Below, in pieces: positions 10,142 through 19,161 of a DNA stretch of 64,000 nt. Under the pieces are notes generated by a model. It made no database searches and had not been told where the DNA came from. It worked only from the letters and a program-made list of their open reading frames with translations. The translations under genes and the position numbers were made by a program. This stretch comes from Vicinamibacterales bacterium. GTDB taxonomy: Bacteria; Acidobacteriota; Vicinamibacteria; Vicinamibacterales; UBA8438. Numbering within the stretch: position 1 is the stretch's first letter; every line of letters starts with the position of its first letter. Location: contig OY760136.1 in assembly GCA_963663195.1 (NCBI GenBank), positions 1,146,070-1,210,069 on the forward strand, in the 5' to 3' direction.

Positions 10142-10504
10142 TCAGATCAGCAGCGCGGCGTGCTGCAGGAAGAGCGGCGGCGGGGGTGATCCGGGTGCGG
10201 TCCGGTCGTGGTGGCGGTCGAAATGGAGGACGGCGTGCGGCCGCGCGTCGACCGCGACTGGTACCAGCGCAGCGGGCTGCTGCGTCGACGGCAGCGACTT
10301 GACGCCCTTGACGACGGCGCAACAGGCGATCGCCGACGGCCCTTCATCGTGACTGTCGTGGTCGGAGTGTCCGTGGCAGCTCGGCGTCGCCGGCACCGCG
10401 CCGGCAGCCATCAGCGGGCACACGAGGGCGACCGCCACGAGAGCCGAAACGGCCCCGATGCGGGCCCCGAGCGACCGCCGCCATGGTTGCGCCATCAAGC
10501 CCAT
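10142..10504 (-). CDS. small secreted Cys/His-rich protein of unknown family, putative metal-binding accessory of the cus operon
   Basis: 3' 120 codons of track ORF 10142..11269, taken from the internal ATG at 10502-10504 (alternative ATG at 10493-10495). Reads MGLMAQPWRRSLGARIGAVSALVAVALVCPLMAAG (signal/TM), then PSCHGHSDHDSHDEGPSAIACC and HFDRHHD. First gene of the cusCBA direction. Start choice is inferred. Confidence 0.5.
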   Translation of the reverse strand: MGLMAQPWRRSLGARIGAVSALVAVALVCPLMAAGAVPATPSCHGHSDHDSHDEGPSAIACCAVVKGVKSLPSTQQPAALVPVAVDARPHAVLHFDRHHDRTAPGSPPPPLFLQHAALLI

Positions 10505-10599
10505 GCTGGCACAACGCAGCCGTGCATGCAAGGCGCATCGCCCGCGGTGGTTGCGGCGACGATCCGCACCTGCCGCGTGGTTGCCGACCTGCTGTCCTC

Positions 10600-11622
10600 T
10601 CAGCGGGCGGCTTGCTCCGCGGCCTGCTGCTCGGTCCGCCGGGCCCCGCGAAGCATGTTGGTAATCGAGTAGTTGCCTTCGTGGCAGCCGTACTCGTAGA
10701 GCGGTCCGGCGCTGCGCGTCATCGGCAGCTCGAACGTCCACGGCCGCGTCCAGGTGGTCGGATCGTCCACCCGCACTTCGTACAGCAGCTCGCCGGCGGC
10801 GGTGCGCGTGAAGCGCTCTTCGAGGCGCAGCGCGGGGGTCGCGCTCGCGGCGAACATGAACACCCTGGCGTGGCGGGTTTCGACAACCAGTGTGTCGCCC
10901 TCCCAGCGGCCGCGCGAGTGGCCCTGCCACTGCCGGAAAGCGTTCCACGGGCGCCCGTCCGTCGGGATGACCCGGGCGTCGCCTATCTCCGGGCGGATCG
11001 CGACGAAGCCCGGGCTCTGGAACACCTGCATGATGTTCAGCGACGGGCCCGGCGTCAGCGGCGGCCCGGAGTTGTAGCCGGCCATGCAGCGGTCGTGCAG
11101 GAAGAGATCCTCGGGGCCGGCGGCGCGCAGGAACGCCGCGCCCGCCGCCTTCTGCCGCTCCTCCCCCGCGGGCGTCAGCGCCGGGATGCGTCCGTCCGGG
11201 GGATCCACCACCAGCGAGGTGCGCCGCGTGCTGACGACACTGGTGCCGAGGTCCAGCCAGATGCGCCACTCGTACGCGAGTCCCGAATTGTCACAGCCGA
11301 AGAACTCCTCGGGACACTCTTCGCCCACGCGCGGATTGGGCCTGTCCCGCGCCACGGCATGCCGCTCCTCGTAGGCAGCCGCCTCTTCCTCCGTCAGCTG
11401 CGCCTGGTCCGCCAGGCTCTCGGGACGTTCCATCGGCGTCAGGGTGCCGAAGTTCCAGATTCCCTGCAGATCAGGGTCGCCCCACGGCGTGCGTGCAGAC
11501 GTCGACGCACTGCCGCCCTGGCCGGCGACCTGCGCGGGCAGCAGCAGGACGACGACAATGACGCCGCACCAAACGGTCCCGGGACGATGACGCCGCTTCC
11601 ACATGGACGACCTCCTGTTCAC
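10600..11622 (-). CDS. secreted protein of unknown function
   Basis: 340-aa ORF with good GC3. N-terminal signal (VIVVVLLLPAQVAGQ). Mature start TPWGDPDLQGIWN. No family that I can name. Confidence 0.6.
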   Translation of the reverse strand: MNRRSSMWKRRHRPGTVWCGVIVVVLLLPAQVAGQGGSASTSARTPWGDPDLQGIWNFGTLTPMERPESLADQAQLTEEEAAAYEERHAVARDRPNPRVGEECPEEFFGCDNSGLAYEWRIWLDLGTSVVSTRRTSLVVDPPDGRIPALTPAGEERQKAAGAAFLRAAGPEDLFLHDRCMAGYNSGPPLTPGPSLNIMQVFQSPGFVAIRPEIGDARVIPTDGRPWNAFRQWQGHSRGRWEGDTLVVETRHARVFMFAASATPALRLEERFTRTAAGELLYEVRVDDPTTWTRPWTFELPMTRSAGPLYEYGCHEGNYSITNMLRGARRTEQQAAEQAAR

Positions 11623-11656
11623 GCCGGGCGCGCGGCCCGGGCCACTGGCAGGAAAT

Positions 11657-11746
11657 TGGCGGAGGGACTGGGATTCGAACCCAGGAGCGAGTTTCCCCGC
11701 TAACGGTTTTCAAGACCGCCGCCTTCGACCGCTCGGCCATCCCTCC
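11657..11746 (-). tRNA. tRNA-Ser (anticodon UGA), CCA encoded
   Basis: Reverse strand reads GGAGGGATGGCCGAGCGGTCGAAGGCGGCGGTCTTGAAAACCGTTAGCGGGGAAACTCGCTCCTGGGTTCGAATCCCAGTCCCTCCGCCA (90 nt). It has a 7-bp acceptor stem, anticodon loop CTTGAAA, long variable arm and a GGTTCGAATCC T-loop. Confidence 0.93.
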
Positions 11747-11757
11747 CGGCCTGACAG

Positions 11758-13050
11758 CTATTTCCCGCCCGGCTCGATCACTTCCAGGCCCTGCATGTAC
11801 GGCCGCAGCACCTCGGGAATGATGACCGTGCCGTCGCGCTGCTGGTAGTTCTCGAGTATCGCCACGAGCGCCCGGCCGACCGCGACGCCGGACCCGTTGA
11901 GCGTGTGGACGTGCTCCGGCTTGCCGCGGCCGTCGTGCCGGAAGCGTATTCCGGCGCGGCGCGCCTGGAACGCCTCGGTGTTGCTGCACGACGAGATTTC
12001 GCGGTACGTCTCGTAGCTGGGCAGCCACACCTCGAGGTCGTAGGTCTTGGACGCCGCGAACCCCATGTCGCCGGTGCACAGCAGCATCGTGCGGTACGGC
12101 AGCCCGAGGCGCTTGAGCACCTCCTCGGCATGCCGCGTCAGTGCTTCGTGCACGTCCCAGGACGTGTCGGGCGCGGCGTACGCCACCAGCTCGACCTTGT
12201 CGAACTGGTGCTGCCGGATCAGGCCGCGGACGTCCTTGCCGTACGACCCGGCCTCGCTGCGGAAACAGGGCGTGTAGGCGACGTACCTTGCGGGCAGCGC
12301 CCGCCCGTCGAGGATTTCGCCGCGGTGCAGGTTGCACAGCGGCACCTCTGCGGTGGGGATGAGGTACAGGTCCCAGTGCCCTGCGATCTTGAACAGATCG
12401 TCCTCGAACTTCGGCAGGTTCCCGGTGCCGGTCAGGGCGTCGCTGCTGGCCAGGAACGGCGGCTCCACCTCGGTGTAGCCGTGCTCGCCGGTATGGAGAT
12501 CGAGCATGAAGTTGATGAGCGCGCGCGCCAGCCGGGCGCCCGCGCCCGTCAGCACCGCAAAGCGCGCGCCGGCCAGTCTGGCGGCGCGCTCGAAGTCGAG
12601 GATCCCGAGCGCCGGACCGATCTCCCAGTGCGGACGCGGCTCGAAGTCGAATCCGGTCGGCGCGCCGTGACGCCGCACTTCCACGTTGTCCGTCTCCGAG
12701 CGGCCCACCGGGACGCTCGTGTGCGGCAGGTTGGGCAGCTTGAGCGCCCACGAGCCGCGCTCGGCCTCGACCGCTTCGAGCTTCGTCTCCTGCTCCTTGA
12801 TGGCGGCCGCGTGCGCCTGTCCGGCCCGGACCAGCTCGTCCACCGCCTCGCCGCTGCGCCGGGCGCGGGCAATCCGCTCGCCGACGTCCTTGCGGGCATG
12901 GCGGGCCGTCTCCAGCACCGGCAGGATGGCGCGGCGCTCGGCGTCGAGCGCCACCAGCCGGTCGAGATCGCCGCCCAAACCGTCGCCGCGCGTGGCGAGT
13001 CCGGTACGGACAGCATCGAGTTGGTTGCGAAGCAGGGTCGGGTCTAGCAT
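11758..13050 (-). CDS. serS: serine--tRNA ligase
   Basis: Track ORF 11758..13170 trimmed to the ATG at 13048-13050 ([14 protein letters not shown]..., the canonical SerS N-terminus). Class II motifs present ([18 protein letters not shown]). Confidence 0.93.
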   Translation of the reverse strand: MLDPTLLRNQLDAVRTGLATRGDGLGGDLDRLVALDAERRAILPVLETARHARKDVGERIARARRSGEAVDELVRAGQAHAAAIKEQETKLEAVEAERGSWALKLPNLPHTSVPVGRSETDNVEVRRHGAPTGFDFEPRPHWEIGPALGILDFERAARLAGARFAVLTGAGARLARALINFMLDLHTGEHGYTEVEPPFLASSDALTGTGNLPKFEDDLFKIAGHWDLYLIPTAEVPLCNLHRGEILDGRALPARYVAYTPCFRSEAGSYGKDVRGLIRQHQFDKVELVAYAAPDTSWDVHEALTRHAEEVLKRLGLPYRTMLLCTGDMGFAASKTYDLEVWLPSYETYREISSCSNTEAFQARRAGIRFRHDGRGKPEHVHTLNGSGVAVGRALVAILENYQQRDGTVIIPEVLRPYMQGLEVIEPGGK

Positions 13051-13103
13051 GGCGTCAGGGCGCTTCATTCTAATGCAGCCATGGTCTGCTAGGATCAGCG
13101 CGC

Positions 13104-13970
13104 ATGGCGGCGCACGTTGGCTCGGTTGTAATACCCGCCGCGGGTCTCGGGACCCGCATCCTCCCGGCAACCAAGGCGTTTCCCAAGGAACTGCTGCCGC
13201 TCGTCGACCGGCCGATCATCCAGTACGGCGTCGAGGAGGCCGTTGCGGCCGGGTGCCGCCGCGTCGTCCTGGTCACCAGCCCGGACAACACGATGACGGC
13301 GGCGCATTTCGCGCCGAACCCGGCGCTGGAGGCCCTCCTCAAGAAGCGCGGCAAGACGGAGACTCTCGCGCTGGTGCGCTCCGTGTCGGCCATGGCCGAG
13401 CTGACCACCGTGCACCAGGCGCAGCCGCTCGGCCTGGGCCACGCCGTGCTGATGGCGGCGCCGGCCGTGCGCGGCGAGCCGTTCGCCGTCGTCCTGCCCG
13501 ACGACGTGATCGATGCCGACCCGCCGGCGCTGCGCCGCATGTGCGACCTGTTCGCCGAGCTCGACGGCCCGGTGCTGCTGGTCGAGCGCGTTCCGCGCGA
13601 CGCCGTGAACCGCTACGGCATCATCGACGCCGCGCCGATCCGGCCGGGCGTCTACCAGGTCCGCGACCTGGTCGAGAAGCCGGACCCGGCGGACGCCCCG
13701 TCCGACCTGGCCATCGTCGGACGCTACATCCTCACCCCCGACCTGTTCCCCGTGCTGGAGCGGACCGGCGCGGGCGCGGGCGGCGAAATCCAGCTCACCG
13801 ACGGTCTGCGGGACCTCATGGCGCAGCGCCCGATCTATGCCTGCGAGCTGTCCGGCGTACGCCACGACGCCGGCAGCCGGCTGGGATTCCTCCAGGCCTC
13901 GCTGTACTTCGCGCTCAAGCGGCCCGATCTGGCGGCGGCGCTGCGCGCCTACCTGCGCACGCTCGACTGA
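13104..13970 (+). CDS. galU: UTP--glucose-1-phosphate uridylyltransferase
   Basis: 288 aa. [34 protein letters not shown] and VEKP motifs are typical of GalU. Confidence 0.9.
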   Translation: MAAHVGSVVIPAAGLGTRILPATKAFPKELLPLVDRPIIQYGVEEAVAAGCRRVVLVTSPDNTMTAAHFAPNPALEALLKKRGKTETLALVRSVSAMAELTTVHQAQPLGLGHAVLMAAPAVRGEPFAVVLPDDVIDADPPALRRMCDLFAELDGPVLLVERVPRDAVNRYGIIDAAPIRPGVYQVRDLVEKPDPADAPSDLAIVGRYILTPDLFPVLERTGAGAGGEIQLTDGLRDLMAQRPIYACELSGVRHDAGSRLGFLQASLYFALKRPDLAAALRAYLRTLD

Positions 13971-13985
13971 CAGGGGGTCGCCGTG

Positions 13986-14327
13986 TCAGCGGTCTGCCGT
14001 CCCGGCGGTAGAGGCCGCGCCGTCCTTGCCGGACGAGGGCTTGGATGATGATTCGGTGGACGCCGCTTTGGTGTCAGGCGAGGACTTCTCTTTCGAGTCT
14101 TTCGATTCGCCGTCCGATTTCGCCGCCGGCCCCTGGCCGGCGCTCGGCTTGCGCGCGTAGTCGGTGATGTACCAGCCGGTCCCCTTGAACTGGATGGCAG
14201 GTGAGGAAACCAGCTTCCGCACCGGCCCGTCGCAGGTCGGACAGCTGGTGACGGGCGGGTCGGAAAACTTGCGGATCAACTCGAACCGCCGCCCGCAACC
14301 GTCACACTCGTATTCGTACAGCGGCAT
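13986..14327 (-). CDS. FmdB family zinc-ribbon protein
   Basis: 113 aa. MPLYEYECDGCGRRFE...CPTCDG (CxxC...CxxC). Low-complexity S/K/D-rich tail. Confidence 0.85.
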   Translation of the reverse strand: MPLYEYECDGCGRRFELIRKFSDPPVTSCPTCDGPVRKLVSSPAIQFKGTGWYITDYARKPSAGQGPAAKSDGESKDSKEKSSPDTKAASTESSSKPSSGKDGAASTAGTADR

Positions 14328-14376
14328 CTCTATCCAAGGGCCAATTCGGCATCGTACCGCCGTCGCTCCGCGACCG

Positions 14377-16047
14377 TCAATCGAGAAGCGTGCCCGGCGC
14401 GCCGAGCATCAGCTGTCGATGCATCCAGAACGGCAGCAGCCCCTGGCCGAGCAGGCGGTCATGGAACCCGCGCAGCGAGAAGGCCTTGCCCTCGGCCGCC
14501 TCGCAGTCAGCGCGCAGCTTGAGCAGAATCTGCTTGCCGAGCGCATACAGCACATACCCCGGGTCGAACGTGCCGCGCTCGGCCTCGCTGCGCGCGCGGC
14601 TTTCCTCGACGAACGCCTCTTCGCGGAAGAAGCGTACGCCCTGCTCGACGGACATGTCTTCCGCGTGGAGGCGGATGCCAACGACCGCCCGTGCCAGACG
14701 GACCAGCGCCTCGGATAGCTGCCCCAGCCTGACTACGGAATTGCCCCGCTCGAACCCCTGCTCCAGCATCATCTGCTCGGCGTAGTGCGCCCAGCCCTCG
14801 ACGACCGACGTCGGGGCGAACAGCGTCGACTTGCGCAGCGGCGCCTCGACGTTCCGGCGGAGATGCTCGAACTGCAGGAAGTGACCCGGATACGTCTCGT
14901 GGATGGACACCGACCAGAGGGTCGCCTCGTTGAAGCCCCGGAGATGCTGCTGCTGCCGCTCCGCCGGCCAGGCCGGATCGACATTGGTGATGTAGAAGTA
15001 GGCCGGCAGCGCCTTCGCCTCGAACGGCCCCGCGGTCGACAAGCTGGCGAACGCCCAGCGTTGGAACTCCGGCGTCGGCGCCACCGCGACCGGCTCGTGC
15101 GCCGGCAGCGATGCGATCCGCTTGCGCTCCACGAACGTCGCCAGCTCCTGGACCTGCCGCCTGACGACTCCCAGCAATTCGCCGGCGGCGGGATGGCCGG
15201 CCTGCACCTCGCGCCACGCCTCGGTCCAGTCGCCGTTCAGGCCGGCGGCCACTTCGCGGAACGCCTCCTGCGTCGCGTTGAGCTCCCGCAGCACGACCTC
15301 GAGCAGCCGGTCCAGCGGCAGATCGATGCCGTCCTCCAGGCGCAGCTTCTGCGCCAGGTGGTCGGCGCCGAGCCGGAACGACGCGCGGCTGCGCGGCGCC
15401 ACGGTGTCCCGCAGGTGCTCTTCGTAGCCGCGCAGCGCGTCTACCGCCACGATCGACGCATCGGCCAGGTCGCCCAGCAGGAACATGTCCTCCAGATCGC
15501 GAAACGCCAGCGGCAGGTCGCGTTCGATGAACGTGACCACCCAGGCGAACGATTCCAGGCCGGCCCGCACGAACAATCCGGGGGGATCCGTGACGTTCTG
15601 CCGCGCGGCTTCGACCAGCCGCGGCGCCTGGCGCAGCTTGGAGACCACGCGGCGGGCGCGCTCCTCGACCGGCGCATGGTCGAACATCACCTGTCCGGCC
15701 AGGCTCTGGCCGAACGTCTCCGCGTAGTGGCGCGGACTGCGGCGCCAGGATGCGATCTCTTCGAGCGCGAAGAGGCGCGCGCGGATGCTGTCCGACAGGC
15801 GGCGCCGATCCAGCTTCTCTTCGTTGGTCAACGTCGATGCGGTGATGCCGTCCAGGCGGCGCACCCAGCCGCCCAGCTCGCGGACCTGCGAATCGATACC
15901 GGACCGGCTGAAATCTTCGACGAGGTCGTCGTGCAGGTGGACGCCGTCGGCCGCGGCCGCCGTCGGGCAGGTCTCGTACAGGTACGAACGGTATTCGTCC
16001 AGGAAGCGGTACAGGGGCTCTGCAGAATGCGCCGGCGGTCGTTTCAT
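14377..16047 (-). CDS. DUF885 domain-containing protein
   Basis: Track ORF 14377..16143 trimmed to the internal ATG (MKRPPAHSAEPLYRFLDEY...). Length and the HETYPGHFLQ motif match the DUF885 family. Confidence 0.75.
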   Translation of the reverse strand: MKRPPAHSAEPLYRFLDEYRSYLYETCPTAAAADGVHLHDDLVEDFSRSGIDSQVRELGGWVRRLDGITASTLTNEEKLDRRRLSDSIRARLFALEEIASWRRSPRHYAETFGQSLAGQVMFDHAPVEERARRVVSKLRQAPRLVEAARQNVTDPPGLFVRAGLESFAWVVTFIERDLPLAFRDLEDMFLLGDLADASIVAVDALRGYEEHLRDTVAPRSRASFRLGADHLAQKLRLEDGIDLPLDRLLEVVLRELNATQEAFREVAAGLNGDWTEAWREVQAGHPAAGELLGVVRRQVQELATFVERKRIASLPAHEPVAVAPTPEFQRWAFASLSTAGPFEAKALPAYFYITNVDPAWPAERQQQHLRGFNEATLWSVSIHETYPGHFLQFEHLRRNVEAPLRKSTLFAPTSVVEGWAHYAEQMMLEQGFERGNSVVRLGQLSEALVRLARAVVGIRLHAEDMSVEQGVRFFREEAFVEESRARSEAERGTFDPGYVLYALGKQILLKLRADCEAAEGKAFSLRGFHDRLLGQGLLPFWMHRQLMLGAPGTLLD

Positions 16048-16103
16048 CGGACTCCCGGGAGAATGGTACAATACGGTCGTTTCTGCGCTTTCCCCCGCGG
16101 CCC

Positions 16104-16997
16104 GTGGCGCAACCTTCCAGCCGGCTGCCCGACCGTCAACCATCCGTGCCGCAGTCCGGCGGCACGCTCTATCTCGTTGCCACCCCCATCGGCAACCTCG
16201 AAGACATCACGCTGCGCGCGCTGCGGATTCTCAAGGAGGTGGCGCTCATTGCCGCCGAGGACACCCGGCGCACCGCCAAGCTGTTGACTCACTACGACAT
16301 TCATACCACGTCCACGAGCTTCCATGTGCGCAACGAGGCGGCAAAGGGCGCGCGCCTGCTGGCGCGCCTGGCGGCCGGCGAATCGGTGGCCCTCGTCTCC
16401 GACGCCGGAACGCCGCTGCTGTCCGATCCGGGCGCGCGGCTCGTGCGCGACGCGCTCGCCGCCGGCGTGACCGTACAGGCCGTGCCCGGCGCCAGCGCCG
16501 TGCTGGCCGCGCTTGTCATGTCCGGTTTCGGCGGCGACTTCACGTTCGCCGGTTTTCCGCCGCCCCGCTCCAGGGGCAGGCGACGGTGGCTGGAACGGCT
16601 CGCCTCCGAGCCGCGGCCGATTGTCATGTTCGAAGCCCCGCACCGTATCAAGGCCACCTTCGCAGACATGGCCAGTGTCCTCGCGGGCCGGCGGGTTGCC
16701 GTGTGTCGTGAAATCACGAAGGCGCACGAGGATTTTGTCTTTGGACCTATTCCCGAGGTGGCGGCACGCCTCGGCGATCCCCGCGGCGAGTACACCGTCA
16801 TTCTGGAGGCGCCGGGCGAGACGGATCGAGCGCCGGCGATCGACGCGCCGGGGCAGCTGCTCTGGCTCGAATTCTGTCATATGACAGACACCTTGAAGAT
16901 GGAGCGTCGCGAGGCTATTCGAAACCTTGCGGCGAAGCACCGGATGAGTGCCCGGGCCGTCTACTCCCGCATTGAGGAGCGCAAGGGCGCGGAGTAG
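16104..16997 (+). CDS. rsmI: 16S rRNA (cytidine1402-2'-O)-methyltransferase
   Basis: 297 aa. GTLYLVATPIGNLEDITLRALRILKEVALIAAEDTR is the RsmI tetrapyrrole-methylase-type signature. GTG start at 16104 is uncertain. Confidence 0.88.
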   Translation: MAQPSSRLPDRQPSVPQSGGTLYLVATPIGNLEDITLRALRILKEVALIAAEDTRRTAKLLTHYDIHTTSTSFHVRNEAAKGARLLARLAAGESVALVSDAGTPLLSDPGARLVRDALAAGVTVQAVPGASAVLAALVMSGFGGDFTFAGFPPPRSRGRRRWLERLASEPRPIVMFEAPHRIKATFADMASVLAGRRVAVCREITKAHEDFVFGPIPEVAARLGDPRGEYTVILEAPGETDRAPAIDAPGQLLWLEFCHMTDTLKMERREAIRNLAAKHRMSARAVYSRIEERKGAE

Positions 16998-17078
16998 CTA
17001 GGTTGAAAGACACACTTGCGCGCACCGATGTACTCTGCTAGCGTTTCCGGTTGTTTCAGTCGTCCACGGCAGTAGTCA

Positions 17079-17717
17079 ATGGACAGACAACCCCCGGCGA
17101 GGAAGAAACCCACCCGCCCGTCCCGTGGCGCCGGCGCCACGAAGAGCGCGGCCGGCACCACGGTGGCCGGGCGCGAAGTCGCTCCGGAGCAGGAGGCCTA
17201 CCTGCAAGCGGTCGCTCTCTACGAGCGCGCCGTCGAGGCGCTTCAGCGGCGCCATTTCCGGAAGGCCGCCACCCAGTTTCGACGGCTGATCGACAACTTC
17301 CCGGACGAGCAAGAGCTCCACGAGCGCAGCCGCTGCTACCTGGCCGTGTGCGAGCGCGAATCACTGCCGCAGCCGCGACCCGAGACCGTGGAGGATCGCC
17401 TGTTCGCCGCAACCCTTGCGCTCAACGCAGGGTCGCAGCGCGAGGCGCTGCGGCACCTGAGGGCGGCTGCAAGAAAGCGGCCGGACAGCGACCATGTGCA
17501 GTACATGCTTGCCGTCGCCCGGGCGGACGGCGGCGACGCACCGGCCGCCTCGGCCCACCTTCTGCGCGCCATCGAGCTCAACCCGGACAACCGGTTCCTC
17601 GCCCGCACCGAGCCGAGCTTCGAGCGGCTACGCGAGATCGACGCGGTGCGGGAGGCGTTGATGACGCCGGGCGACGCGCCGGTCGAGCCGGAGTCCGAGA
17701 GTCCGTCGTCCACGTGA
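17079..17717 (+). CDS. TPR-like helical repeat protein of unknown function
   Basis: 212 aa, ATG at 17079. Basic disordered N-terminus followed by TPR-like helices (AYLQAVALYERAVEALQRRHFRKAATQFRRLI...). Its TGA stop overlaps the glmU GTG (GTGA). Confidence 0.6.
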   Translation: MDRQPPARKKPTRPSRGAGATKSAAGTTVAGREVAPEQEAYLQAVALYERAVEALQRRHFRKAATQFRRLIDNFPDEQELHERSRCYLAVCERESLPQPRPETVEDRLFAATLALNAGSQREALRHLRAAARKRPDSDHVQYMLAVARADGGDAPAASAHLLRAIELNPDNRFLARTEPSFERLREIDAVREALMTPGDAPVEPESESPSST

Positions 17718-19114
17718 GTCCGCAGCCCGGCGCCGGCGCCTGCCACGTCATCGTCCTGGCGGCCGGCCGCGGACGCCGCATGGGCGGGGCGCGGCCGAAG
17801 GTGCTGCACCGTCTGGCCGGACGGCCGCTGATCGGCCACGTGCTGCGGGCCGCCGCAGCGCTTGCGCCGGCCACGACCACGGTCGTCGTCGGCCACCAGG
17901 CGGACGCCGTCATGCGGGCGATCGGAGCGGGTCCCCGTTTCATCCATCAGGCGCAGCAGCTCGGCACCGCCCACGCGCTGTTGCAGGCGGAGCCGGTGCT
18001 GGACGGGCTGCAGGGCAGCCTCGTTGTGCTGTCCGGCGACGTCCCGCGCATCCGGCCGGCCACGTTGCGCCGCCTCGTCGCCGCCCACGCCGCGGCCGGC
18101 GCCGCCGCAACGGTGCTGACCGCCGAGCTCGCGCGCCCCTACGGTTACGGCCGCGTGATCCGCCTGGGCGGCCGGATCGGCCGGATCGTCGAGGAATCCG
18201 AGGCGACGCCGGCGCAGAAGGCGATCCGGGAAGTCAACGCCGGGATCTACGTTTTCGATCTGGGGCCGCTCTTCGAGACGCTGCAGCGGATCCCCGAGGC
18301 CGGGCCGCGGCGCGAGCGCTATCTGCCGGCCGTCCTCTCGCTCTACCGGCGCCGGGGCCTGACCGTCGAGACGGCCGGCGGCGGCGACGCGGACGAGATT
18401 CGAGGCATCAACAGCCAGACCGAGCTGGCGGAAGTGAGCCGCATCATGAGACAGAACAAGAACGAGGAGCTGATGGCCGCGGGCGTGACGATCGAGGACC
18501 CCGCCACCACCTACGTCGACGACGACGTCAGCGTCGGGCCCGATACGGTCATCCACGCCGGGGTGACGCTGGAAGGGACCACCACGATAGGCGCCCGCTG
18601 CGAGCTGCACTCCGGCGTCCGGATTGTCAACTCGGCGCTGGGCGACGACGTGACGGTCAACAACTTCTGCGTGATTACCGCCGCCAGAATCGATGCGGGC
18701 GGCCGCATCGGACCGTTTGCGCACCTGCGGCCGGGGACGATCGTCGGCGAAACCGCCCGCGTGGGCAACTTCGTCGAGTTGAAGAAGGCGACGCTGGGCC
18801 CCGGGTCCAAGGCGAACCATCTCAGCTACGTGGGCGACGCCACGCTCGGCGCCGGCGTGAACGTCGGCGCCGGCACCATCACCTGCAACTACGACGGGGA
18901 GTCGAAGCACCGGACCACGGTTGAGGATGGCGCGTTCATCGGCAGCGGCGCGCAACTCGTCGCACCGGTTACCGTCGGCCGCGGGGCGTACGTGGCCGCC
19001 GGCTCGTGCGTCACGCGGGACGTGCCGCCGGAAGCGCTGGCGGTCGCCCGTGGCCGGCAGCAGAACAAGCCGGACTGGGCAACGCGCAAGCGAAAGCTCG
19101 GAAAACGGGCTTGA
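17714..19114 (+). CDS. glmU: bifunctional UDP-GlcNAc diphosphorylase / GlcN-1-P N-acetyltransferase
   Basis: Track ORF 17051..19114 trimmed to the in-frame GTG at 17714. The upstream part overlaps the TPR gene and is Arg/Pro-rich junk. HVIVLAAGRGRRM and KVLH motifs, and C-terminal left-handed beta-helix hexapeptide repeats. Confidence 0.9.
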   Translation: MSPQPGAGACHVIVLAAGRGRRMGGARPKVLHRLAGRPLIGHVLRAAAALAPATTTVVVGHQADAVMRAIGAGPRFIHQAQQLGTAHALLQAEPVLDGLQGSLVVLSGDVPRIRPATLRRLVAAHAAAGAAATVLTAELARPYGYGRVIRLGGRIGRIVEESEATPAQKAIREVNAGIYVFDLGPLFETLQRIPEAGPRRERYLPAVLSLYRRRGLTVETAGGGDADEIRGINSQTELAEVSRIMRQNKNEELMAAGVTIEDPATTYVDDDVSVGPDTVIHAGVTLEGTTTIGARCELHSGVRIVNSALGDDVTVNNFCVITAARIDAGGRIGPFAHLRPGTIVGETARVGNFVELKKATLGPGSKANHLSYVGDATLGAGVNVGAGTITCNYDGESKHRTTVEDGAFIGSGAQLVAPVTVGRGAYVAAGSCVTRDVPPEALAVARGRQQNKPDWATRKRKLGKRA

Positions 19115-19161
19115 CGCCGCGACGGGGTATGCTGTCCAGAGGCGGTTGAGGGCAGACGCGC

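Noticed and set aside
10505-11269. Upstream 255 codons of track ORF 10142..11269.
   Set aside because: This part overlaps the 340-aa secreted-protein gene (10600..11622) in another frame and is Arg/Gly/Pro-rich. Only the terminal 120 codons (signal peptide plus Cys/His-rich domain) look like a real protein.
13051-13103. Looked for a T-box or other leader upstream of serS.
   Set aside because: Only 53 nt separate the divergent serS and galU starts, which is too short for a T-box leader. No specifier or antiterminator features.
17051-17713. N-terminal 221-codon extension of the glmU ORF in the track.
   Set aside because: It overlaps the better-supported TPR-like gene in another frame, is Arg/Pro/Gly-rich with no GlmU homology, and an in-frame GTG at 17714 sits exactly where GlmU homology begins.
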